Shown here: positions 49,856 through 61,143 of the stretch, one piece after another
Numbering within the stretch: position 1 is the first letter of the stretch
How the letters are laid out: each line of letters begins with the position of its first letter
NCBI GenBank assembly: GCA_964016885.1
Contig: OZ024741.1
Span: 310,124,001-310,188,000 of the forward strand
Direction: 5' to 3'
DNA from: Eledone cirrhosa
Lineage: Eukaryota
DNA: 64,000 bases
The notes under the pieces: generated by a model
What the model saw: the letters and a program-made list of their open reading frames with translations, nothing else
Told to the model about the DNA's origin: nothing
Databases searched by the model: none
Made by a program: the position numbers and the translations under genes

Positions 49856-50128
49856 TATAATAATAAACAAGAAAGACGGTATCATTTGCCCATCCCTATT
49901 TATTTTATTATGCGCATTTCATTTGTATAACATCTGCCCTACGTGTTCTCATATCAACGGATATCAACGAATATCTCATATCAACGGATATTTACATCTT
50001 GCATGGATTTTTGTCGGAACAAAACACGTAGGGCAGATATTATACAAATGACATATGTCTTCGAAATAAGTATAATAAAATAAATAGGGATGAACAAGTG
50101 ATACCGTCTTTCTTCTTTATTATTATAT
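49856..50128. mobile_element. Foldback/MITE-like element with ~90-bp imperfect inverted arms
   Basis: tataataataaa.aagaaagacggtatca.ttg..catccctatttattttattat...tcatttgtataa.atctgccctacgtgtt is mirrored at ~50024-50128. Confidence 0.7.
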
Positions 50129-50200
50129 ACACACACACACACATATATATACGATATACTAAAAAATGGAAACTATATTTATAAAACCATATTTATTTCA

Positions 50201-50254
50201 TTATACATATTTCAAGGACACCAAGTTAAATTATGGTGTGCTTTCATCAGATAA
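50201..50254 (-). ncRNA. Degenerate hammerhead ribozyme motif downstream of the PLE ORF
   Basis: ttat-CTGATGA-aagcacacca[taatttaact]tggtgtcctt-GAAA-tatgt-ataa; 9/10-bp stem II; cleavage triplet imperfect. Confidence 0.55.
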
Positions 50255-52637
50255 AATATAATATAGGCAGTTTTATAAATAAATATTGACATACCCTTAA
50301 AGAATGCGACCATTACTGTTGGAAGCTCCCGGATAATGGGGTTATAAATTTATTTATACTATTATGTAAATTAGTTTTGGATATTTTAAAATCAGAGTAG
50401 ATTTAAATAAGCCGTTGGGTTATGGAGAAAGAGAGAGAGAGAGAGAGAAAAAAACAAGAGAGAGAAAAAAAGAGTGAGATATAAAAAAGAGAAAAAAGAG
50501 CAAACTCTAAGAAGAAAATAAGAAAAGGAGAGAGAGAAAAAGAAAAGAGAAAGCGAAAGCTCTAAGTGATAGGTTGTTGAATTATCTTAACTTTTGAGAT
50601 GAAGTGAAAGAATAAATATTTAATGGATGAATAGAGAAGTGTAAATAAGCGTGAATGGAAAATACATACATAAGAGGAGAATTTTACCCATTGTTTAAAT
50701 ATGATTAAATGTTTAGTTTATCATTTAAATTATTGAGATCTATACATTAAAAATTGAGATTTATATATTATTAAGAAATCTATATATTATTAAGACTATA
50801 TATTATTAAAAAATCTATATATTATTAAAAGAATATATTCATATATATATACGCACACACAGATATATATACATATAAATATATATACATACACCTACAT
50901 ATATATACATATACATACAAAGTATAAAGGATTTTTTAATTTAAGATATAGGAATTTTCATAAACTTATAGATTTTTCTGAGAAAATCTTAGAAAAAACA
51001 GAGAAATCATTTCTTTGTAATATAAAAACAGCGTGAAGGAAATTACGTTATTTAGTTATATAAATGTTACAAATGTTAAGATAGTAAAGGAAATTTTAGG
51101 TTATACACACTTTATGTTATTATACAATTTTTTTTAAATATAAGTTTTATATCTAATAAATCCACCTGTTATGTAGTTGTGACTGTTAATATAGGTTTGT
51201 TTATCACGAACCTTAAGAAAATCCTTATAAACGAGTGCAATCGAATTGTATGCATATATATATACACACAATCCCCACATAGATACACATAGACGTGCTT
51301 ACACATAGGTAGATATGCATCACACATATATATATATACATACATACACACATATATACATACATATATATATATATACACACATACATATATAGAGAGA
51401 TATATATAAATACAGTACATAGTATGATTGAAGTACATAATATATATAATATAAAATAAAATAAAATAAAATAAAATGCAATGAAATAAAAAAAATATTA
51501 AAAAAATAAAATAAAAATAAAAAAGAATTATATTACGATTTGGAAATATAATTATAAGCAATATAACTTTAAATCAATATAATTTTAAAAATATTATAGA
51601 ATATTTCAAGTTATAATTTTAAAATAATAATATGTTTAATAGATTCAGTATAAACATTTTCTTCGTATGTTTAACTTAATTTTATAGCCATAAGAGAAAG
51701 AAAGAGTGACTTTCAAAAGAGAAACTTTAAAAAATAGTAGAAACTTTCAAATAAAATATTTTCCCCCTTTAAGAGATTTCAGTATGTTTCTCTAGAAGAG
51801 TTTTTTATTTTTATTTATATTTAGGAAGAACATTTTTTAAACTTTAGAGTTTAAGCAGTCAAATGAAGGAATCTAATGATTTATCGATAGGTTCAATATA
51901 TTAATAGAATTAATTAATTATATATTACATTTTAAATTTATATTTAAACGTTGAGTTCAATCTATGTCTGCAGCAACTGAATAAATTATTCCTTAGGTTC
52001 AGGGAATTTTTGGTCTTTAATATAAAGAATATTTCCTCTATACAAAGATCACAATTTTCTGAAGAGGAGTTAAAAGGAGTAGCTTTTGAAATAATATTCC
52101 AAAGCAACGAATATTTAACGTTCTTTAATTTGAGGTCCCATAATAAGCTAAATAGAGAAGTTGAAGATTTTATTGTTTGGATGTGTAAAAGAGTTATGAT
52201 TATTGAAACGGGATTTAAAATCTGTGGAAGTAGATCCTACATAATTAAATGAATTTAAATTAGTTTTTACATTACAATTATATACTATATTTTTAGCTAA
52301 GCAATTGTTATCTAACGGACAGTTAGATTTATTTCTACAGTTACATTTATCAAATTGGATATTGCTTGGGTTATTAGTGGTATTTTGGTTAGGTTTTAAA
52401 TTTCTATTATTAATTTTATTAATATTTTGCGCTAAATTTTTGGTGGATGAATAAGTTAATTTTATAGTATGTCTATTAAAAATTGAGCAATATCTATGTG
52501 TTCTAGGGAAGCATTTGTCCGAAGCTTTAAAGAATAGTATAGCAATAGGGGTTTTAATATTTAATGAGAAAGGAGGAGCGAACCATAATATATTCCTAGT
52601 TCTATTTCTTTTTTTGTTTTTGTAAGGTTTTCTATTA

Positions 52638-53513
52638 TCTATATATATAAAACTGTGGTTGTCTGTCTGTCTATCGATTTTTGGCACACATCTCCTCTTA
52701 GAATCTCTCACGGAATTGCACCGAAATTGCTATACTTGTACATTGAGCCCTAGCGAAGACATCGGAAAAAAAAATTTCAAATTGACCCACCCTATGTGAC
52801 GAAATCGAATATAATGTATCGATTTTTGAGCGTAAGTGATCAGTTATTTCCCTTTGTTCTGTTTACATTGAGCGTCTTACGTAAAAAATTACGCTGGCAA
52901 AATATTGACCTGCAAAATTCATCAGTTCGAACACTAAGCTTCCGTTTTGCTTCATTTCCATTTAAAAGCATTTTAAAACAATATTTTTACTTGAAAACAA
53001 GTCTATTTAAAGATTACGTAAAACAAGCAAATATTTCGTCGTTAGGCGTGCAGACAGACAGTCGTGCAGAGAGGTGATATAGGCGTGCAGACAGACAGTC
53101 GTGCAGAGAGGTGATATAGGCGTGCAGACAGACAGTCGTGCAGAGAGGCGATATAGGCGTGCAGACAGTCAGTCGTGCAGAGAGGTGATATAGGCGTGCA
53201 GACAGACATAACTGATAATTTGATTACGCTAATGTTTTTCTCTGCGTTGCAGTGTTTACATTTTCGATCTTTGTTAATAAATAACCAGTGCAGTTTCTAT
53301 CCCCAGCATCCTCTTTTGTTATAACATTCGGGTTATCGTTATGTTTTCTTAACTTCATAAGGCATATTGTTGGTTGAGGGAATATTAATCAAAAACACCA
53401 CATGCAAGTCTGCACAGTAGACACTACAGTTTTTAAGCCAAGAAAGAAACTTAACATTGTAACTTTAACACAGCTACTGAGCGACCCCGAGCAACGCGGG
53501 GCTTTACTGCTAG
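52638..53513 (+). mobile_element. Non-autonomous Helitron inserted in the PLE ORF
   Basis: A|TC 5' end, ccccg-agcaacg-cgggg hairpin, CTAG|T 3' end, no TSD; removing it restores the PLE reading frame. Confidence 0.88.
53043..53208. repeat. 37-bp minisatellite x ~4.5 inside the Helitron
   Basis: taggcgtgcagacagacagtcgtgcagagaggtgata starting at 53043, 53080, 53117, 53154 and 53191. Confidence 0.95.
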
Positions 53514-54150
53514 TAGTTGTTAAAATTGTTAAGATTATGGTTAGTTGTTATATTATTATTATCAATGTATTTAATTTTATTTCTATACCCAGCTCTACCT
53601 AACGCTTCGTTGTAATAATGTGCTTTATCATCAAATATATTCTTATTAGCTGAAATTCTAGAAATGCGTTGCTGTACAGAATTCCCTATAGTATTTTTAA
53701 CGGATCTGGGGTGATTAGAGTTAAAATTAACGTAGTTTAAGTTCTCGTTTAGTTTGTGAAATGGATAATGAAGACATGTGTTTAGGTTTAATGTTACATC
53801 TAGAATGTTAACTATTTTATGGTTTTTCTCTATTTCTACTTTTAGATTAAAGTAATTAAAAAATTGTATAATTTCTTTTCTTTTCCTATTTAATTCACAG
53901 TTATTATTTTCGATAAGTAAAAGCATGTCGTCACGATATAAACCTCCGGTCATCTCATATATATATATATAATATGTTGAAAAGGTAACATACTAGAGAG
54001 AGATATACAGTGCGCTATCAATAAAACTGGGAAAAAACCACCAGTGTATGGAATCTATAACCTATGAAAGGCAGACTATAGACACGATAATTAAAAATAT
54101 AAATTAAAGCGTAAATAAATACCTCTATAACTAAATAACACACGTACAAA

Positions 54151-54219
54151 TCCAAAGAGATCTGTTTCGCCAGTAAGTTGTTGACAGAAATGGAATAACC
54201 CCGGTTCCTCAGCTTCAGA
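54151..54219 (-). ncRNA. Degenerate hammerhead ribozyme motif
   Basis: tctgaag-CTGAGGA-accgg[27-nt loop]ctggc-GAAA-cagatc-tc-tttgga; stem I register is off by one nt. Confidence 0.5.
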
Positions 54220-55937
54220 CAACACTAAGAGAATTTTGGCGCCAAACTTTTCCTTTTGAAAGAAAAATGGCGCCAAACTTTTCCTTTTGAAAGAATAATG
54301 TGATTTGTCACGGGATATTATCTCTAAATATGTGAATACGTACACAGCATTCTCCTCACGAAGGGCGAGAGTGGCGATCGCAAACATATATACATATACA
54401 CACAAACACACCACACATATATATATATATATACACGCAAAAACACACACATACAATAACGACGAGTACTTCGATTCTGGAGGGCGAATGATGGAGAAGA
54501 TGAAGCTCTCTGCCGCAGAATAAATGGTATTTAATTTTAATAATAATACTAATAATATATATATATATATATATATTTCTTAATTGAATTGATTATCATT
54601 ATCGTTTTTATGGCAAAAGATAGACAGAGAGGGAAAGAGATAGACAGAGGGAAAGATTTTGACATATATATATATATGTAGCGACGTGGTTAGTCAGTCT
54701 AGTCACTACTTCTGATCAGATCCGAGATTAGCCCTTAGAAGGACTTTTATCGCATACGGTCTGATCAGATCTGAAGATAGCCCTTAAAAGGACTGTTGTC
54801 GCATATAGCCTTTAAAAGAACTGTTGAGGATGGACAGACGAAAGCACAAGTTGAAAGGACGAAGCAAGGCGAGATGTAAATTCGATCAGCTATTTATTTT
54901 TACATGAAGCGACGATACGAGGTACAAGGCGTGTGTGCGTGACAAAGCGTGGCAGAGTAAAGGAACAACGATGCGCTAGCTGACTCTGCCAAAAGTCGAC
55001 TGGTGAAGTGTTTGGAACCACTCTATTTATACAGAAATAATCGTTTGATGTTTAGCCGATGTGTAGGCGTTTATTCTGGTAAGTTTTAAGGGTTCTTTTG
55101 TTTCACGTTGAGGTAGCTAGCTAACAGGTAGATGGCGTTGTATATTTCACAGATGTTATTTCCGGTGGCTGTACATTATCCCCCTGCCAGATCTTTTGTA
55201 TAACAAAAGAGCGAAATATCGAATAGTAATGGGCTAGTGGTGCATTTGTCATGACAATAGCCCAAGGAGTGTCCAGCATGTTGTGAAATTTCGTGATCAT
55301 CGAGTACAGGACAGAGTCGTTGTAGAGATGATATGGCAAGATGTGTGTGTCAGGAAGAGAAAAAAGAAATAAACTATAAAATGACTTTGACCAGATTTAT
55401 GCAGGCGTGATAAATGAGCCTGTTGCAATTTGGGTTGAGCTGCCTGTGAATTGCGTGACAAAAAGTCTAACTGGGCAGTGAAAATAACCGTAATGTGTGA
55501 ACTGAATGGCCGTAAGCATGCTGCCTAAAAGTAACAGTTTGCTCCACAGCATATGACTTGAGCGAATGCATGTAGTAAAAAAAAATAGCGAGGCATTCTC
55601 GAGCTATTGAGTGAATGTGTACGTGAAAAAAGTGTTTTGAGGCTGCGATTTGTGAAATGCGTGATCAAAGAGAAAACATTTTGTAGTGTAAGAGTTAGAG
55701 GGACACAAATATCTATTGCTCAGTGTATGAACTAAAAGGTGAAACAAACGTGGTTTTGTAGTGTGCATGAAAAACAGGATATGTACACGCCTTGTAAGTA
55801 TATACAAATTATGGCAATTACACAATCAATGTTACAGAACAAGAAAAGTATAAATTTTGCAAAACAAGAGAGTGAAGAAAAAAAAATGTTATACACAATG
55901 ATATACACAATGTTTGTTCTTAAATAGAGTTTGTAAT

Positions 55938-57525
55938 TATAGCGGACTACTCGTGTGTATGAATGTAACAAGGAGACATCGTTTGTGTGTATAATATTTA
56001 ATCAACAATTTAACAGTATAGTTGACATGTCAATGAATAAACGAAAGAATTAGGCAAAGTTAGTAGTTACCGTTTTGATTGCCAGGCAAACGCAGGCTAG
56101 CAGAAGACGCCTGGCGAAAGACAGGCGCCGGAAGGGCAAATGAGAGAGTGAGAACTTAAAGTTGTTAGTTTTATAGGGTTCTGACCGGAAGTTACAGAAA
56201 GGGTTCTACTTCCCGTCTAGATGTTGTTAATCTATTAGGGTTGTGAGTCACAACAAGGGAGGCAACTGCTACATAACCTCCCGCCAGAATTTTAGAATAT
56301 AAAAATCGAATGAAATATGTAGCAAGTTGGCGAGAATGTTGTAACAGGCATGAAAATTACGACAAAAGAATGTTTGCAAAAATCAATGATAGATGTCAAG
56401 GTAGCCAACCGCTCTTGGCCAGAGAACGACTGGACATCTATCTATCCATCACCCAAAGATACAATGTAATAAAGTAAGAGAAGAGCCCAAAGTTCAAATG
56501 TACAAAATATAGTTCACAGGTGTGCAATCACATGACAGCAGGAAAGAAAGTGTGTTCCAGAGAATGAATGCAGGTGATTTCTGTTCTGTGGTATATCGTG
56601 AAATTTCCAACCTCCGAATGGATTTTCTCACAGGAAGAGTGCTGCAAAAATAAATTCTCTGGCTTGTTCTGCTGGTTTTGGTTGTTGATGAAGCTGTGTT
56701 GCTGTTGATGTTGTTGTCTCGCGGAGTGAGCGTATTCGGTGTTTAAATTCACAGTAAAAAAAAAAATGTTCTGGGAAAAAATGAGTTGCGCAAAGTGTTA
56801 GAAATAACAGCCGAAGTTGATGGTCGATGTTGAGAATGCGTTGATCTGGAAGGGTCAAGAGGCCAGCGACCAAAGAAATAAGCATTCTGAATAAATGCGC
56901 AGTTTTCAACGGCAAATTTACGTGGTAAATTTTTAAACCGGCAAATAGGAGAATATAGCTTAAGGCTGAAGAATCCTTGGCGAGAAACGTTATCTCTGGC
57001 GTGCGGCTATCTCTGTGAGTCGAGATATCTCTGTGAGTCGAGAATTTGTGCTGCCTACACGTGCCAATACAAGGTTAAGTTAGGTTTAAAAAATAATATT
57101 TCTAACGCGCGAGAAAATGATAGTGCAAGTGTGAAAGTGGCAATGATGAAAAAGGAAGGCTTCACTTAGCATAATTATTGGTGTGAACTACTGGGTTGTA
57201 TGAAAGTAACAAGGAGATTTGGTTGCTGTGTATAATATTTAATTAACAATCATGGATATATATAGAACAGTATAGTTGACATGTCAAAGAAATAGATGAT
57301 AGAATGAAGCAAAGTTAGTAGTTACCGTTTTGATTGCCAGGCAAACGCAGGCTGGCAGAAGACGCCTGGCGAAGGCCAGGCGCCGGAAGGGCAAATGAGA
57401 GAGTGAGAACTTAAAGTTGTTAGTTTTATAGGGTTCTAACCGGAAGTTACAGAAAGGGTTCTACTTCCCGTCTAGATGTTAATCTATTGGGGTTGTGAGT
57501 CACAACAAGGGAGGCAACTGCTACA
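55938..57525 (-). mobile_element. Non-coding LTR mini-element, copy 2, nested in the 3'UTR of Gypsy B; TSD TAAT
   Basis: Reverse complement of the 40500-42322 element (repeats 57525-~57190 and 56273-55938) with ~270 bp less internal sequence; TAAT at 55934-55937 and 57526-57529. Confidence 0.88.
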
Positions 57526-57741
57526 TAATAAATAATGTTCATTATAAATAATGTTCTTCGTAACATGAGCACATGGTCACTAAAAATTGCAATTGTTCAA
57601 GCAGAAAGTTCATTGTATTTGAAACTGGAAATAGTAAACACAAGAAAAATGGAAATGTTTTGCACGAAGACTGATTAAGAAACTCACTTGAGGTTAACGG
57701 TAATTCACATATTGTGCCAACTTTGCGGGCCAATGGACGCG

Positions 57742-59311
57742 TCATCCGCTTCTCGTGACTGGAGATGAAACAGGTGGCTCGCTGTGACAGCAATCTGTTG
57801 GAGTTTCTGGTGTAGAGACTGTAACAGTATCCATGATGGCTTTTTTTAATCTGTCCACGCTGACAGAATTCTGTTTACCATCTAGATAGAGAATAAAATA
57901 TTTCGGATATTTTTTTAGAACACGATAAGGGCCAGAATATGTAGGTCGAAGATGAGCTGAGATGGTGACGTTTCGAACGAAAACGTGTGTCCAATCTTTA
58001 ATGTCTGAAGGTACGTGTGTGGCCGTGTTCTGTTGACGGGTGCTTGCAGGAGCAAGGTGAGACATATATTGTCGAAGACGGTGTACGTATGATCCTGGGT
58101 CTGGAACATCCTGAGGAGAGATGGGAGCCACCATCTGACCAGATAGAACCAGGGTGGTGCCGTACACTAATTCTGCAGATGTGTGTCCGAAATCCTCCTG
58201 AACGGTGGATCGAATGCCCAGAAGGATGAGTGGTAGGTATTCAAACCAGTGGGTCTTGTCTGGATATGCTTTTATTGCAGCTTTCAATTGGCGATGGAAT
58301 CTTTCCACGAGACCATTAGCTTGCGGGTGATAAGCTGTCGTGCGGATGTGTTTACATCCTAACAGGCGAGTCAGTTCCCTGAAGAGGTGGGAGTCAAATT
58401 GGCGTCCTCTGTCCGTTGTTATCTTCGCTGGGGCGCCATAACGTGATACCCAGTGTAAAACCAAAGTTTTAGCGACTGTTTCCGCTGAGGTATCATTTAT
58501 GGGAAAAGCCTCAGGCCAACTGGAAAAATCGATCTATGCAGGTGAGCAAGTGTGTGTAGTTCTGTGATGGTGGTAGCGGTCCGACGATGTCGATATGCAC
58601 ATGATGAAAACGTGCATCAGGTTGCGCGAATGTGCCGAGTGGAGTTTTGATGTGTCTGTGGACTTTGGCTTTCTGGCAGGCAATGCAGCTCCTGGACCAG
58701 TCGCGCACGTCCTTGTTAATGCTAGTCCACACAAAACGAGCAGAGATGAGTTTCTGTGTAGCCCGGATTCCCGGGTGAGACAAGCAGTGTAAAGCAGAAA
58801 AAACTTGTCGACGATGCATCTGTGGTACGTACGGTCGTTCATGACCGGTAGAAAGGTCGCACCAAATTTGTCCCGGAGAAGAAGGAATGGGAACTTGCTG
58901 AAACTTGAGGGATGGCGAATCTCGGAGCTTGATAAACTCTTCGTCAGTCTCTTGGTCAGCTGCGATCTGTTGAAGGTCGATGCCTGAATGCACATGTATT
59001 GCGTTCAGCTGGATTCGGGACAGGGCGTCGGCTGCTACATTGTCTGATCCCTTGATATGCCGAATATCAGTTGAATATTGGGAGACAAAATCCAGGTGTC
59101 GGAGTTCTCTCGGTGAATGTCAATCAGGTTTGGTACGGAACGCATAAATTAATGGTTTATGGTCCGTGTAGATCACGAAATCTGATCCTTCGAGCATGTG
59201 CCGAAAATGCTTAACCGAAAGATAGGTTGCCAAGAGTTCGCGGCCAAAGGTATTGTATTTCGTTTCTGCCGGTTGCAACCGCTTAGAAAAGAAGGATAAG
59301 GGTTGCCACAC
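57742..59311 (-). pseudogene. Gypsy B RNase H + integrase (broken by a few frameshifts and a stop)
   Basis: FGRELLA, YTDHKPL, HPG...[31 protein letters not shown] motifs across ORFs 59120-59311, 58511-58993 and 57742-58464. Confidence 0.9.
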
Positions 59312-61086
59312 GCCGTCGACATGTTGTTGTAGAACGCCTCCAACCCCGTGTCTGATGCGTCCACTAGCAGCGAAAGAGGAGCGCCAGACCTGGGGAAAAC
59401 GAGCATGGAAGCGTTTACCAACATTTCCTTCAGGCGGTTAAAAGATATTAATTCTTCGTCGTTCAGAGTGATCTCTTCGTTTTTGCGAGTCCGGTTACGA
59501 AGAAGGTCCGTGAGGAGTCTGGCTGCGTCGGAACAATGAGGGATAAAACGCCTATAAAAATTCACCAGACCGAGGAATTCACGCAGTTTCCGAAGTGATG
59601 TAGGTGCGGGAAAACTGCGGATAGCTTCTACTTTCTCGGGAAGTGGACGAATGCCGTCTTTATCGATGATATGCCCGAGAAAGGACAGTGAAGGAACGCC
59701 GAGAAGGCACTTGCTGGGGTTGATGATGATACCGTACTTAGCCAAACGTCGGAAAAGGATATCTAAGTGCTTCTCGTATTCATGCTCGGAAGTACTTGCT
59801 ACCAGCACGTCGTCAATATACGCGTATACGAAGGGTAGATCGCGTAACACGGTGTCAATAAACCGCTGAAAAGTTTGTGCAGCGTTGCGCAGACCGAACG
59901 GCATTCGCAGGAATTCGAATAAACCGAACGGTGTTGTGATTGCGGTCTTCGGAATGTCTGCAGGCTCCATAGGTATCTGGTTATATGCACGCACCAAATC
60001 TACCTTGGAAAAGATGCGTGCGCCTTGCAGAGAATCAGAAAAATCGTGCAGGTGAGGTACAGGGTAATTATCGGGCACTGTAGAATTGTTATGTGTACGA
60101 TAATCCCCACATGGTCGCCAATCATTCTCGTTTTTTTTAGGAACAAGGTGTAGGGGTGCAGACCAGTTGCTGGAGGAAGGGCGAATGATTCCGAGGTCCA
60201 GCATGTGTTGGAACTCATGCTTGGCGATTCTCAATCGGTCTGGAGGCAGTCTCCTTGGTCGGGCAGCTGTGGGTGGTCCCCTTGTCTCGATGTGGTGCGT
60301 GACACTATGCTTAATGGGACCATCCTTAAATACCGGGCGAGTGATGTCTGGGTATTTCTGGAGAATGCCGTTGTACCGCGAAGGTTCTGACTGGCAAATT
60401 ACAGGGCTCACTGGGGATTGCGTGGTAAATATACCTCTCACAGTGAGGTTTGTGGTGGTGTCGATAAGCCTCCGGTTCTTCATATCCACCAGAAGGTTGA
60501 AGTGGTGGAGAAAATCGGCTCCTAGGATAGGGGTCGGCAGGTCTGCCACGACGAACACCCATTGAAAACGCCGCCTCAGGCTTAAATTGAGGGTCAGGGA
60601 TTTCCCCCCGAAAGTGGGAATTGACGATCGGTTCACTGCCTGCAGAAAGGACGGGGTTGGGTGTCTTTTTCCCGAGATTAGTGAAACAGGAATAACACTA
60701 ACCTGGGCTCCTGTATCCACGAGGTAACGGATGCCTGTCGCCTGGTCGTTAATAAAAAATAGACGACTTTTCTTTTCAGTACCAGGGGTGAACGTCGTCG
60801 CCAGGCCCTGGGTGGCATTCCGGAAAGAGCACGGGGCCTTGCACTTAGATGCCTGTGCGCCGAAATTTGTTTGATACCAGCAGATGTTGCCAGGCACACG
60901 ATTTTGACTGGGACTACTGGATCTTCGACTGTGAAAAGGCCTGGATCGACTGTTGCTGCGTCGCCGGTGTGTTTGAAAGGTCAAGTTCTCTACTTGATTC
61001 GGGAGGGCTTTAATTTGACCAACCCGCTCTCTGATCATAGCCCGCAGCTCTGAAATCACGGCCGCTGTCGTTTGTGACATGTCCAT
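59173..61086 (-). CDS. Gypsy B fused truncated-Gag(NC)-protease-RT ORF, 637 aa
   Basis: [18 protein letters not shown] (CHCC-like, H->Q), [31 protein letters not shown]; shifts out of frame after VDASDTG at the start of RNase H. Confidence 0.9.
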   Translation of the reverse strand: MDMSQTTAAVISELRAMIRERVGQIKALPNQVENLTFQTHRRRSNSRSRPFHSRRSSSPSQNRVPGNICWYQTNFGAQASKCKAPCSFRNATQGLATTFTPGTEKKSRLFFINDQATGIRYLVDTGAQVSVIPVSLISGKRHPTPSFLQAVNRSSIPTFGGKSLTLNLSLRRRFQWVFVVADLPTPILGADFLHHFNLLVDMKNRRLIDTTTNLTVRGIFTTQSPVSPVICQSEPSRYNGILQKYPDITRPVFKDGPIKHSVTHHIETRGPPTAARPRRLPPDRLRIAKHEFQHMLDLGIIRPSSSNWSAPLHLVPKKNENDWRPCGDYRTHNNSTVPDNYPVPHLHDFSDSLQGARIFSKVDLVRAYNQIPMEPADIPKTAITTPFGLFEFLRMPFGLRNAAQTFQRFIDTVLRDLPFVYAYIDDVLVASTSEHEYEKHLDILFRRLAKYGIIINPSKCLLGVPSLSFLGHIIDKDGIRPLPEKVEAIRSFPAPTSLRKLREFLGLVNFYRRFIPHCSDAARLLTDLLRNRTRKNEEITLNDEELISFNRLKEMLVNASMLVFPRSGAPLSLLVDASDTGLEAFYNNMSTACGNPYPSFLSGCNRQKRNTIPLAANSWQPIFRLSIFGTCSKDQIS

Positions 61087-61111
61087 GTTGATATTTTCTT
61101 AGGTGCTGTCT

Positions 61112-61143
61112 GGTTGCGCGTTCGAGTCACGTTCGGGTCACCA
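61112..61143 (-). promoter_or_regulatory. Primer-binding site of Gypsy B, extended 32-nt tRNA-Trp match
   Basis: Plus strand ggttgcgcgttcgagtcacgttcgggtcacca versus recalled metazoan tRNA-Trp GGTTGCGTGTTCAAATCACGTCGGGGTCACCA; 2 nt from the LTR. Confidence 0.9.

Larger units (their letters stand above)
50170..53953 (-). mobile_element. Penelope-like element (RT C-terminal half + GIY-YIG), interrupted by a Helitron
   Basis: GLYRDD (RT), LDVTLNL, YVNFNSNHP, ILWFAPPFS, CNCRNKSNCPLDNNCL..NIVY.C...YVGST..DFKSRFNNH, CDLCIEE...CRH. The extent of the 3' tail is uncertain. Confidence 0.88.

Noticed and set aside
53043-53208. CRISPR-like 37-bp repeats
   Set aside because: The units are directly adjacent with no unique spacers, in a eukaryotic context; this is a minisatellite.
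55176-55937. env-like third ORF in the long 3' region of Gypsy B
   Set aside because: Only short ORFs; most of the extra length is the nested mini-element.
61112-61143. tRNA-Trp gene or pseudogene
   Set aside because: Only the 3' part with encoded CCA is present, 2 nt from the LTR on the PBS strand; it is a primer site, not a gene.
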